From Azolla caroliniana (Eukaryota; Plantae; Polypodiophyta), in contig JBHGNT010000013.1 of the NCBI GenBank assembly GCA_043228905.1, forward strand, positions 5,704,001 to 5,768,000: a stretch of DNA of 64,000 nt, read 5' to 3'. The notes under the pieces were generated by a model. That model saw only the letters and a list, made by a program, of their open reading frames with translations, was not told the origin of the DNA and made no database searches. A program made the translations under genes and the position numbers. Shown here one piece after another: positions 52,262-64,000 of this stretch. Position 1 is the first letter of the stretch. Every line of letters starts with the position of its first letter.

Positions 52262-52564
52262 ATTATGCCCATTAAGCAAAGACAAGGGGCCCGTCATCAA
52301 TACGATTACGGCGGAAGTGCAGCAAGTCACAACATGCCAGCAAACCAAAAATGTTGATTGGGCCGCACAAGATGAGATACGTCAGACGGCCCAAGCGTGG
52401 GTTGAAAAAGCAAATGTGGCAAATACGGAACACATGCGGAAGGAGTCCGCAAACAAGATGGAGCCATCGGAGGAAGAGGTAATATCTCCGGATCCCATAT
52501 GGCAAGCACTAGCAGGCTGTGGATAATGCTAACCATGGAGAAGCTACTTCAACTAGTCCCACGG

Positions 52565-54160
52565 TGACAAGAACTACACGTCCCGTATGCGCAACGCTCG
52601 GCCACAACCGAGCTTAGAATCATACACAAAAAAAACAGGAATGAATGCACGACACAATGCAGAGAAGAGTACACAGGATGTTTACGTGGAAAAACCCAAA
52701 CTAGGGAAAAAAACATGGCAGCCCACAGGCTGCAAACTATCACTATGTTACAGTGTACAACAGTAAAGCACCGAGGCAACAACCTCGATCTTCGCCACAG
52801 GTGGTGGTTACAACAGAGGCAACGACCTCTTCCTCTCTCTCTCTCTCTCTATACACCGTTACGCGCTCTGATCTTGCGCAAACAAGAATAACAACTACTA
52901 CTCTCTAAAAGTTTGCCCTAAGTCATATTTATACTAATATGACTTCTCGGCTATTTACAAATATAGCCACAATGGACTCTTAGAAACATATTTACGAATA
53001 TGTCTCTTCATCCGGTGAGCACTCCTCACTGGGTCTGCACCATCCGGCTCTCCGTAGCTGGGTACCCCTCATCCGGTTCTCACCGGGTCTACACCATCCG
53101 ACTCTCCGTAGCCGGGTACTCCTCATCCGGTTCTCACTGGGTCTGCACCATCCGGCTCTCCGTAGCCGGGTACTCCTCATCCGGTTCTCACCGGGTCTGC
53201 ACCATCCGGCTCTCCGAAGCCGGGTACTCCTCATTCAGCTCTCCGAAGCCGGGTACTCTTCATCCGGCTCTCTGAAGCCGAGTTTGCTCATCAGCACTAT
53301 TCTTCTCCCTTCCCATCCGGAGGGACCTGTCTCCCAACAAACTCCCCCTTCACTCCGGCATGGGGTGTCTTACTAGTCCGATCCGCTTCCGGCATGCATC
53401 CAGTTTGTCAGCATATCTGACCCGTTCTCGGCCGTGTGGATCTTCGTTAGCGCAAACTCCTGGTCATCTACTCTTTCCCGGATCCAGTGATACCTTCGCT
53501 GGATATGCTTCGTCTGGGAATGGTAGGCCGCATTCTTAGCAAGGTGGATGGCACTTTGACTGTCGCGATAGAGCCGGTATTCATCTTGCCGGATACCGAG
53601 CTCTCCGATGAAGTCCTTCATCCATAATATTTCCTTCCCGACTTCCACAGCCGCCATGTACTCCGCCTCCGTGGTTGACAACACAACGGTCTTCTGCAGT
53701 CTCGACTGCCACGAAACAGCTCCCCCTGCATATGTCATTACATACCCGGATGTAGACCGGCTGGTATCCACATCAGCCGACATGTCCGAATCGGTGAAAC
53801 CATCAAGTTGAGGTTTTTCGGAGCCGAATCGGAGACACATATTGGTAGTGCCCTTCAAGTACCGGAGTATCCTTTTGACCGCATTCTAGTGCTCCTTGCC
53901 GGGATTGCTCATAAACCGGCTCACCACTCCGACTGCGTATCCTATATCCGGTTGGGTACAAACCATTGCGTACATTAAGCTTCCGACGGCAGAGGCATAT
54001 GGAAACTTCATCATATCCGCCTTCTCTGCTTTCCTCTTCGAGCTTTGCTTACCGGGTAGCCTATAGTTTGCCGGAAGTGTCGATCCGACCAGTTTCCCAT
54101 CTGACATGGTGAACCAGACTGTTCTTCTCCCTTCTCATCCGGAAGGCCCTTCTCCCAACA
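52565..54160 (-). mobile_element. Tnt1/Tork-like copia deletion derivative, TSD CACGG
   Basis: 3' LTR 52565-53339, PPT, RT/RH piece 53373-54107, and only ~45 bp of the 5' LTR (~54118-54160). Confidence 0.88.
53008..53285. repeat. 54-bp tandem minisatellite in LTR U3
   Basis: CATCCGGCTCTCCGTAGCCGGGTACTCCTCATCCGGTTCTCACCGGGTCTGCAC repeated about 4-5 times. Confidence 0.9.
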
Positions 54161-54586
54161 CACGGTTCCACCAGGTCGTGGAGGATCGTATAACGGGCAG
54201 ACCTGGGGTAAGCATCTCCACAAATTTTACGAATATCAGCGTCGGACCAACAGTGGTGGATCACCACAATTCGGCTATTCAGTTGATGCTACACGGTCAG
54301 GAAATCACAGGATGTGTAATCGACGACAGCTCTGGCGTCAATGTAATTAGTGCGAGGACATGCGAACAATTGGGAATTTCCGAATGGGAAGCTTGCCCGT
54401 TTTGGCTTCGCATGGGGGATACCCGCTCAGTACGGCCATTCGGTTTAATACGCAAGTTAGGTATTATCGTGGGAGGACATCACTTCGACGTCTCGGTGTC
54501 AGGAATAGTACTAAGAAGAGATGGAATTAGTACTAAAGAAGAGCAGTACTATTAGTACTAAGAGGGCGGGACTGCGTAAGACTCCC

Positions 54587-54619
<33 letters not shown>

Positions 54620-54874
54620 GCGAAAGGAGAGATAGCGAGGATGAGAGAGAGAGATGATGATGACAACCAATATATTATGTGAAGGATAAGTACAAAATGG
54701 CTAAAAGTCTTAAGACTGGCGTTGAACCAATTTGGTTCAACATAATGCCTAGTGCCCTCTTTTATAGTGTTCTCAGGAATAATCCTGAAGCTTCTAGAAT
54801 GTTCTAGAGAGATCTGGAATATACATCAATTTTCTATGATAAAGCATAAATGAAAATAATATCCTACGTATTAC

Positions 54875-54945
54875 AATTCATAGTCTAATGGTAAGAGCTC
54901 GACCCATGTAGCATAAGGTCATGGGTTCGAGTCTTGCCATATCAT
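54875..54945 (+). promoter_or_regulatory. tRNA-like Pol III cassette at LTR U3 end (second copy at 59909-59979)
   Basis: A box TAGTCTAATGG 54881-54891, B box GGTTCGAGTCT 54924-54934 (43 nt apart). Confidence 0.7.
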
Positions 54946-57900
54946 GACACTATCTCCCCCTTCAAGACGACGAGTGGAACGAGTCGGCGCTGATTGCGGA
55001 CCGGGTTTGTCCAGATACTTTCGGTGGAAATCAACAAGAAGATCCTGAGCATTGGCAACATACTCGACGGGTTCCCAAGTACGTTCGCTTGGACTATAAC
55101 CGAGCCAATCGACTAAATAATAAAGTTTGTTGCGAACAAGTTTGGAATCGAGGATGGCAGCAACTTCATACTCTGGGCCGGCGTCCAACTCCAGCGGGGG
55201 CGGCGGTGGTGTAACACGATTGGGAATGGTGTTTGCTTTATAAGGTTCAAGAAGAGAACAATGGAAAACCGGATGTATCTGAAGCTGTGGAGGGAGATCA
55301 AGGCGGAATGTGACATCATTAACCTTACCCATAATACAGAAAGGACCGAGTCGTCGATAATCCAACTTGTCGGACGGTCGAGTAGTCTTGATGTGACGAC
55401 GTAAGAGCCATACTCGATCTCCGATGGCAAAAGAGGAGGGAAGCCGATGACGATCCGCGTAAGTCTTCTGCGTTTGTTGAGCATGACGAAGATGAGTCGA
55501 GAGATCTGTCTGGATCTTGCGTAGTCTCTCCAAATGATCCCCGGCACGAGGATTGGTAGGTAGCTCCGGGGAGTCGATCACCGACCAGCGAGGATGAGAA
55601 CCGGTATAAGCGAAAAATGGGGAGACCCTCCCCCCGAGTCGAGGAGTGAATAGCATTATTATATGCAAACTCCGCAAAGTGGAGAATCTCGGCCCAATCG
55701 TCCTGTTGATAACTCAGGAAACACCGGAGATATTGCTCCAATGTTTGGTTTGTTCGTTCCGCCTGCCCGTCGGTCTGAGGATGGTAGCTGGAGGAGAGGT
55801 TGCAGGAGACCTTGAGCATCTTGAAGAGATGCTACCAAAATTTGGAGACAAATTGCGGTCCTCGGTCACTGATGATATTATCTGGGAGGCTATGATGCCG
55901 AAATACCTCACGCATAACAAGGGCGGCGGTTTCCTCGCTAGTGATGGCTTTAGTACACGGCACAAAATGTGCCATCTTCGTATATCGATCGACGACGGTT
56001 AGGATAGCATTGAACCCCTTTGAGACCGGCAGATCTATGATAAAATCAAGACAGATAGAGTGCCATGGCGTACTTGGAATCGGTAAGGGTTCCAACAAGC
56101 CATATGGATGGTGTCATGGCATCTTTGCTCGGCAGCAAGCATCACAGGTCTGAACGTAGTCGTCGAAAAAACGGCGCATGTGGGGTCACCAAAAAGATCG
56201 TTGCACTAGCTCCAACGTCTTAGTACTACCGAAATGTCCCACCGTATGGGTGTCATGACAATGCTGGACGATTTGAAGGCGACAGGAGCAATCAGGGACA
56301 TATATGCGCTTTTTAAAGAATAACAAACCCTCATGATATTCGAATTGTCGGTAGTCAATACCTGGTTGTTGAGACTGAGAACAGGATGCCCGAGAAGTAT
56401 CAATGTGCACAAGGATGTCTTGAGCAGAACTATCCGTCTTCAAGGTTGCACGTATGTCATCGGTAATCCGTGAATCCATCGGGGTGTGAAAAATCCGCGC
56501 CATGTGCAATCGTGTTGGTCCCAAGATTACTTGCTTTTGATTATCAAATGTTGCATCACCAGGACGAGGTGCAAGATATGACCGCCGTGATAGTGCATCT
56601 ACTTTTCCTTGATGCTTCCCCGGTCAATATGTGATTTTGAAGTCGAAACGCGTGAGGAATTGCGCCCACCGAGCTTGCCGTCGATTTAGTACGCGAGCGT
56701 TCTAAAAATAAGCAAGATTTTTATGATCGCTAAAGACAATGACCTGATGTGGAGAGCCCTCTAAGAAATGCCGCCATTGCACAAATGAATCCACGATGGC
56801 TAATAACTCTTTGTCATGTATTTCGTAGTTGATTTCTGCGACATCAAATTTGCGTGAATGGAAAGCCACTGGATGCAACTCTTCTTTATCTCCTTGAAGT
56901 TAGCAAAACCTAGAAAACATTGTACATCTCGTACTGACCGTGGAATTTGCCACTCTAGTACAGTTTGGATTTTAGCTAGATCCATGGCGATGCCTTTTGA
57001 GGAGATGACGTAGCCTAGAAATTCCACTTGCTTGCAGTCAAAGCTACATTTTTCTAGCTTGGCATAAAGACCATTCTCGCGGAGTCGCTTTAGTACTAAT
57101 AGTACATGAGAATCGTGCTCTTCTTGGGTCTTCGAATAAATCAATAGATCATCCAGATAGATGATCAAACAAATATCCAAGAGGTCTTTGAATATATCAT
57201 TTGCCATGTGTTGGAAGACTGCGGGTGCATTGGTCAGGCCGAACGGCATAACAGTATACTCGAAATGCCCATACCGTGTGCGAAAGGCGGTCTTCTATTC
57301 ATCTCCTGGTTAGATCCGCACGAGGTTATACGCTCCTCGTAGGTCGATTTTAATAAAAAACTTGGCACCATTAACTCGCTCTAAAAGACTTGATATAAGA
57401 GGAAGTGCATACCTATTCCGGATGGTGACTTTATTCAATCCGCGGTAATCCACGACGAGACGAAGTGAGCCATCTTTCTTCTTGACAAAGAAGATGGGTG
57501 CACCGGCCGGAGATTTCGAATGACGGATGAACCCATTTCCAAGTTCTCCTCTATGTAGGCTCGAAGGACTTCTAACTCGGTGGGTGACAAGTTGTAAATT
57601 GGTCCCCATGGTAACTTGGTTCCTGGTTGTAAATCGATGGGACAATCATAGGGACGGTGATGAGGAAGGGTACCGGCTTTTATCTTGTCAAATACATCGG
57701 CATAAGGATGATATTTTGCCGGAATTTGTACTGAGGAGTCCTTCTTAATAGTGCTAGAAGGATGTACTGATATGGCAAATAGGAACATTGCCTCCTTGGG
57801 TCCTTCTTCGCGTAGTTGATGGAGTGAAATGGTCGAAACTCGGTGAGTTGATTCTTGGGGTGGTCGATATCGGACTTCTCTTGTTCTCCAATCTATGGCT

Positions 57901-58316
57901 GGATTATGTAATTCAAACCAAGGTAATCCTAGGACAATGGGATGCTCTGGACTACTAATTATATTAAATGATATTATACACACAAAACTACCTAGGACAA
58001 CTTGAATGGGTTCTGATTCTTCTACAATATTCCCAGAAGCAATGGGACGACCATCAATGACTACTACAGATGCAGGACAAGGAAGTTTTCTTAAGGATAT
58101 TTGAGAAGCTTGGGCAAAATTTTGATCCATGAAACAGGAATTAGCTCCGAAATCTAAAAGTGCTAGGACGGGTATTGGGGGAGTACTTTTAGTACTAACA
58201 ATGACTTGGGCTAGGAACACATTGCTAACTTGCTTGGAAGGAATGGAACCACTAATGGGCTGTACAAATCTAGGGCTGTTGTCCAACCAAACGGCTCCTA
58301 TTTTGGCTGGACTCAA
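54919..58316 (-). pseudogene. pol: Chromovirus pol (PR-RT-RH-INT-chromodomain), frameshifted
   Basis: [59 protein letters not shown]. Confidence 0.92.
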
Positions 58317-59458
58317 TCGTTTAACTCTTCATCTAATTGACTAAGGATTTCAAATTTATTTGAGATACTTGGGCTATTAGTACTATGAATACTATCTGAC
58401 ACTCTATTAGTACTATTAATACTATCAGACACTCCGAAGGGAAGAATTGACTCGGGTTTAGTACAGGCGATGATTTGATTTACCTGTCTTCTTGGCCTAT
58501 GGGGACAATTGATGGCGATATGTCCTGGTCCACCGAATCGATTGGCACGTCGTCGTGGCTTTTCTTCTTCCGATAATGGGCCGCGTCGACGCATGGTATC
58601 GATCTCCATCGGTGTCGAAGTATTTGCTTGAGGTATGTCTCGTGCAAACGGTTTAGCCGCGACTGCGGCATAAGTGGTCTTCGGCCTAGAGCGTGGTATC
58701 TGTAATTGACGTTCTGAACGCCGTTCGAAAAGGCGGTTGTCACATCGGACCGCTCGACTGATTGCCTCCGTAAGAGACTTTGGTTCTTCGGGGAAAGTTA
58801 GAAGTAGATCTTTGACATCGTTTCGCAAGCCATAGCAAAACTGCTCCATTAGTGCTTGATCATCCCAGGGTATATCTGAAGCAAGTAGGCGGAAATCCGC
58901 CACGTAGGCAGAGGCTGGATGATCGCCTTGACGCAATCGCCAGATCTTGTTGATCACCGTCCTGATGTTGTCGGTGTCTCCAAAGCAGGCTTTAAACTCA
59001 CTAATAAAATCTTCAAAGTTATTAAGCAAAGGCGATTGTTTTTCTAGAAGCGGAGCGAACCATGCTAAGGTTGAGCCGCTAAGCAATGTGCCTATTAAGC
59101 CGACTCGGGATGCATCATTGGGATAACGGGAAGGATGCATTTGGAGGACTAATCGTACCTGATTAAGGAATCCCCTGAATTGCGATCGCGTTCCATCAAA
59201 TTTCATAGGAAGTCCAATCTTCGGCTCTTTATGAAATCCTTGGGGACTTGATCCTTGTTGTTGCAATGCCGCTTCGAGTTGTTGCACCCGGAACGCTAAC
59301 TCCCCATGTTGTTGTTGCGTTTGTTGTTTTTCTAGAGCGATTTGTTGCAGATCCCCTATCAACCGTTGGTTTTCTTGTTCCAAGGCAACAAATTTTTCTT
59401 TTAAGCACTGTAACTCGGAGAAAACAGATTGATATTCTTGGGCGCTAACAGTAGTCAT
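58313..59458 (-). CDS. gag: Chromovirus Gag (PEG10/sushi-like capsid), zinc knuckle partly deleted
   Basis: 381-aa ORF with PMKFDGTRSQFRGFLNQ, LLSGSTLAWF, PMEID and GHIAINCP. Confidence 0.88.
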   Translation of the reverse strand: MTTVSAQEYQSVFSELQCLKEKFVALEQENQRLIGDLQQIALEKQQTQQQHGELAFRVQQLEAALQQQGSSPQGFHKEPKIGLPMKFDGTRSQFRGFLNQVRLVLQMHPSRYPNDASRVGLIGTLLSGSTLAWFAPLLEKQSPLLNNFEDFISEFKACFGDTDNIRTVINKIWRLRQGDHPASAYVADFRLLASDIPWDDQALMEQFCYGLRNDVKDLLLTFPEEPKSLTEAISRAVRCDNRLFERRSERQLQIPRSRPKTTYAAVAAKPFARDIPQANTSTPMEIDTMRRRGPLSEEEKPRRRANRFGGPGHIAINCPHRPRRQVNQIIACTKPESILPFGVSDSINSTNRVSDSIHSTNSPSISNKFEILSQLDEELND

Positions 59459-59618
59459 AGTATAGGGAAAAGGGTAGGAGGATGAGGGAGAACGACAAGT
59501 AGGTTGGAGAAACCAAATTGGTTCAAACTGTCAGGAATAGTACTAAGCAGAGATGGAATTAGTACTAAAGCAAAGCAGTACTATTAGTACTAAGAGGACG
59601 GGACTGCGTAAGACTCCC

Positions 59619-59649
<31 letters not shown>

Positions 59650-61291
59650 GCGAAAGGAGAGATAGCGAGGATGAGAGAGAGAGAGAGATGATGATGATAG
59701 CCAATATATTATGTGAAGGATAAGTACAAAATGGCTAAAAGGCTTAAGACTGGCGTTGAACCAATTTGGTTCAACATAATGCCTAGTGCCCTCTTTTATA
59801 GTGTTCTCAGGAATAATCCTAAAGCTTCGAGAATGTTCCAGAGAGATCTGGAATATACATCAATTTTCTATGATAAAGCATAAATGAAAATAATATCCTA
59901 CGTATTACAATTCATAGTTTAATGGTAAGAGCTCGACCCATGTAGCATAAGGTCATGGGTTCGAGTCTTGCCATATCATGACACTCGGCAGTAGTCCTCG
60001 CCCTCGACGCCCCAGGAGCGTATCCTATGCTATTGGGCAGACCATGGCTTCGTTCAGCAAATATCAAGCAAAGTTGGCAATATAAGTGCATCAGCTTTCG
60101 ACGCGGACGCACCAAGGTTCACGTACCAACAAAGGAAATGGTGGCACAACCGAAGGGCATAACACCGTTATACGCGGAGGACATAAATATGCTGGTGGGG
60201 GTGGACGATATAGAATTAGAAGTATACCTAGACGAGCACCCCCGGACCATTCCGCTATTCAAAATCGACGTCATCGAAACCGCGGCGGAGTACGCCACGC
60301 CCGCTATGCCCCACGACGAGGCTTACGAACCAAACCCGGAGTCACTGTAGAGCAAGGGCAACATTCGAGAAGGAAATGGAAATTTCACGACGAGTCACTG
60401 CCTCCGCCCTAGAAGAAGTAAACGTGGGTACGGCGTTAGAAGCCTGATTCCTCTCCATCGCAAAAGAACTACTGCCAGATCAGAGAGACGCGATGATAAC
60501 ACTACTCATGAAGTATAAAGATGTGTTCGTGTGGTCCCACGAGGACATGAAGGGGTTAGATCTGAAGTTCTATCAAGATAAGATCAATTTAGAGACCGAT
60601 GCGAAACTGGTCCAGCAGCGTCAATACCGCATGAACCCAAACTACGCGGCTCGCGTAAAAGAAGAAATTGACAATCTCCTCAAGGCCGGATTCATTTGAC
60701 CAGTCAAACAAGCTACATGGTGAAGCCCGATAGTGTAGTCGTACCAAAGAAAAATGGCAAAATACGGGTATGCGTGGACTACTGGAAATTGAACGCCGTA
60801 ACCATTACCGACACATTTCCTTTACCGTTCACCGACAACATACTAGACGTCGTCGCCAGGCATGACATGTACAACTTTCTAGATGGATTCAGTGGGTACA
60901 ATCAAGTATGCATGCACCCCGACGACCAAGAGAAGATAGCATTTGTCACGGACTAGGGAGTCTATGTCGCAGTCGTCATGATGTTCGGGCTAAAGACGAC
61001 GCCAACTACATTTCAACGGACAATCACAGAGATTTTTGGGGAATATATTCCGGCCTCCATGCAAGTTTTTTTAGACGATTTTGTGGTATATGGGACAACA
61101 ACCGACCATTTTACGCATCTACAGCTTTGCCTGGAGCGTTGCCGAACCGCGCGCTTAAGCCTAAATCCCGCCAAATGTGCCTTCGGCATTACCAGCGGGG
61201 CTCTCCTCGGCCACATAGTCAGTAAGGAACGGATAGCGGTCGATCTGAACAAAATCACCGTGATTACTCACGCGAAAACATCAACAAATGT

Positions 61292-63503
61292 TGTCGCAAA
61301 GTTTCGCGGGTACGTGTAGAATTCCAGGCGGGACCACGGGGGTCTTGGACTAGGGAGTGACGGAGCGTAGAAAGCCGACTTCTCTCCGGTCTCGGCTGCA
61401 CTGGTTGTAGCACGAACTGGAGAGATTCCGGACACGTACCGGTGGCTACCAAACGCGAGAGAGGAAGAGAGGGAGAGAACACGCGCACAACACCGACACA
61501 ACACACCTCTTATGTACAGGAAACACAGGGAAGGGAAGGCACCTGACACCGACAGAGACACAAATATTCACAACCCTATATATATATATATATATGATTA
61601 CAAGAGTGAGTTACAACTCCGACTCTGACTCCGACTGAGGTAGGATAGGTCGCAACGGCAGTCTGCCACCAAGACGCCGTCGGGGAGCTCTCGGGCTTAT
61701 CGCGCCGAGCGGGGTCTTGCACAGGAGGCCGAGCAGAAGCAACCTACAATGGGGAGAGATACAACCCCGGCCACGAGCCGACTACGCACAGAAGAAGAGA
61801 AACTAACCTAACATCTTGTCGTCATAGCGATTGCTCGACTCCTCGAGAAGGAGCAGAAAAGAAACGAAGAAGAGAAAGAATGTACCTAACCCTAGAAAGA
61901 AACACAAAACGGTATACCCTTAAGACTCAAAATGGGCAACCCCCTCACAAGAGGCGCTCCCTTCCTTTTATAGAACAAGGAGGGAGATGCGTTACAATCT
62001 GGGATAAATCCCGACTTACATGGGATTCTCTGTCCCGACTTGACTACTCTTTGGCGCCATAAAGGCACCCTCGTTATTCACACTAAATGTACAAGGGTGA
62101 TCACATATGCTGCACCCCGTCGATGTAGCCAATATTTCCCGGCCTCTGCCTCTGGCCGAAATTCTTCACGACATCCGCCCCCACCAAACCGCACGTCCAC
62201 CGGTCAGAAACCGGTCTTCCGTAATCCGCATCCCGGCTCGTTGCCGGTTTGAACCGTCGGCTTCGGTTCTTCCTTCGCGCTTACCTCCCCGTAGGCTCGT
62301 TCGACCCGTCGATGGGTTCTTCGCCGCGATCTCCGTAGTACGCGTACTTCTGTTGGCCCTTGCTCGGCCGTATGCACGCTCTGCTCTCCGCCGTCTGCCC
62401 GATGTCCTCCGCTTGGCCTCCGTCGACCATTCGTGTTGTCTTGATTGCCATCCAATGTTGTTACGCGTTGCCTTCGTCCTCTCGCCGCCACCCTTCTTCT
62501 CCATGGTCTTACATTGCCACGTCGGCTCGAACCGCCATGGTCTCCGAAATGGTGTGGAGGATCCTTCTCGGGCCTTCTACGCACTACCTCCGAACCGCGC
62601 AACCCATCTTCGCGCTCGCCTTTCCGCTCCGGCACCTCTGTGTGCCGCATACCCTCGTCCGTTGTTTGGCACTACCTGTGCTGCACTCCAGTTCTTTGCA
62701 CGCCTTGTCGGCCCCTTTTCCGGCCAGATCGTGCATCGCCACTCACCCGCATACCAGTGTCCTCCGCATCCGAGGAACACCCCATAGTAGCCCACTTGAC
62801 CATTCTCGTCTTGCGCTGTAGCAACAGGTCCTGAGTCTTCCGCTTGTCGTTGTCCCCTTGCCGCCACCGATCATCACTCTAGGCTTCACGTCGGCTCTTG
62901 GGCCGACCGCCGGAGTCTCTGGAACCGATGTGAAGGATCCTCCTTGGACTCCCTTGTCATCCTCTGACTCCGACCCTATGCAGTCCACTATGCACCCGTC
63001 ACCTCGTTCCCGGCACCTCCCTTGTGTGGTCTCCCTTGTTCGGAACCGCCCGTGCCGAACACCGTCCCGTAGTCACGCTTCGATCCGGCCCGTGATGGCC
63101 ACTTGCAAGACTCTTGTTTCGTCCCAGATGTGCCTTTCCGGCCCGTCACACCTCCCCGTGTTTGCCCCTACCGGCTCCTTCCGAAATTGTAACCGGCCAG
63201 TAAGGGTTTCGCACTTCGTCTGCCCCCGTCTTACCAGCTCCCGATCCGCTATCTCGTGTTGCCGGGTCCCGTTCCCTGCCGCCACCGTCCTTCTCCCTAG
63301 GTCTCACATTGCCACGTTGGCCGAATTGCCGAAGTCTCCAGACCAGTGTGAGGGTCCCATAGGACCTGACTTCGTTTCTCTGCTTGCCGAAATTCAGGGG
63401 TCTTTTGTCGGACTCCTTTGTGACTCTCCTCGTGTCTTCCGCGTAGCCGGGTCCCGCCTTTGTTACCGGCTGGCAAGAAGGCTTAAGGAGGTCCAAATCA
63501 GAG
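61292..63503 (-). mobile_element. 3' LTR (~61292-62105) and GC-rich 3' internal region of a TGTCG-family LTR element
   Basis: Start resembles 26357 (GACCAC.GGGGTCTTGGACT.GGG). TATA on the minus strand at ~61965; weak PPT-like CGGGGTGCAGCA next to 62105. Confidence 0.6.
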
Positions 63504-64000
63504 TGTGAAAAGGAATAGTTTATTCGGGAACTATTGTAATTAGTAATCTTAATATAGATATTAATATATGAGAAGATGTGGATGGACGGACCGGAATCGG
63601 TATGCCGATCTGGATTCAGACCGATCCCGTAAAGGTGCCGGTTGGCACCGTTTTCTATTTCACACCGGAGACCTATATAAAGGCCCGGTTATAATGTAAT
63701 CAGAAGCGGATAATTAATAGAGCTTATTGTCTTAATCTTCCAGTGTTGATTACTATTCTGTATTCATTGTTATATCCTACACGTGTTAATTACGGATTGC
63801 TAAGTAACCAATTAAGGTCTAATTAAGTGTTGTGTCGTAAGTCATTCTGTCGTACCACCCTTTGGTGAAGTGTCTTAAGTGGACACACCCTATGTTAGGC
63901 TGTTCTCCGGCCCTAGGATTAACACAGTTTTTGGCGACCACGATTCCTGCACAATTGCAGTGAACAACGGTGGGAATGGATGACTAGGACAACAGACGAC
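63504..64000 (+). mobile_element. 5' LTR (63504-63926) and PBS of another gypsy element
   Basis: TGTG...CACA termini, CCTATATAAAGG TATA box, PBS TGGCGACCAC at 63932. Confidence 0.75.

Larger units (their letters stand above)
54497..59983 (-). mobile_element. Near full-length Tcn1/sushi-like chromovirus, TSD CTCGG
   Basis: LTRs 54497-54949 and 59529-59983 (about a dozen substitutions by eye), PPT GAAGGGGGAGATAG. Gag, PR, RT, RH, INT and chromodomain all present. Confidence 0.95.
45542..61291 (+). mobile_element. Non-chromovirus gypsy element (LTR 45542-46003, PBS-Arg, gag, protease, RT) hosting nested insertions
   Basis: PBS TGGCACGCTCGGTG at 46008. Gag MAFSYPRFNGETDA; protease CVIDDSSGVNV (~54310); RT VPKKNGKIRVCVDY..FLDGFSGYNQ. 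Frame continuity across TSDs ATTAT, CACGG and CTCGG. Confidence 0.88.

Noticed and set aside
62107-63508. Multiple long overlapping ORFs as genes
   Set aside because: GC-rich sequence gives open frames on both strands; no recognisable domain.

Overview
Seed-free land-plant-like (moss/fern-type, inferred from element lineages and TTTAGGG telomere motifs) heterochromatic window. It is an almost continuous nest of decayed LTR retrotransposons: Tnt1/Tork-like and Bryco-like Ty1/copia, Tcn1/sushi-like and Met-primed chromoviruses, and tRNA-Arg-primed non-chromovirus Ty3/gypsy. It also holds solo LTRs and one hAT-type MITE. No intact host gene was seen; NRAMP and beta-tubulin fragments are captured inside a non-autonomous LTR element. 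Main unexplained signals: (1) two tRNA-Arg-type gypsy elements have an inverted PBS (a copy of a tRNA 3' end) in place of a polypurine tract before the 3' LTR; (2) a 1.5-kb insert begins with telomeric repeats, carries a minimal hammerhead ribozyme and is flanked by a 411-bp duplication; (3) tRNA-like Pol III A/B-box cassettes lie antisense in the U3 of three different LTR elements; (4) swapped TSDs between three copia LTRs imply integration of a circularly permuted 5.5-kb segment. All alignments and family calls were made by eye; no searches were run.
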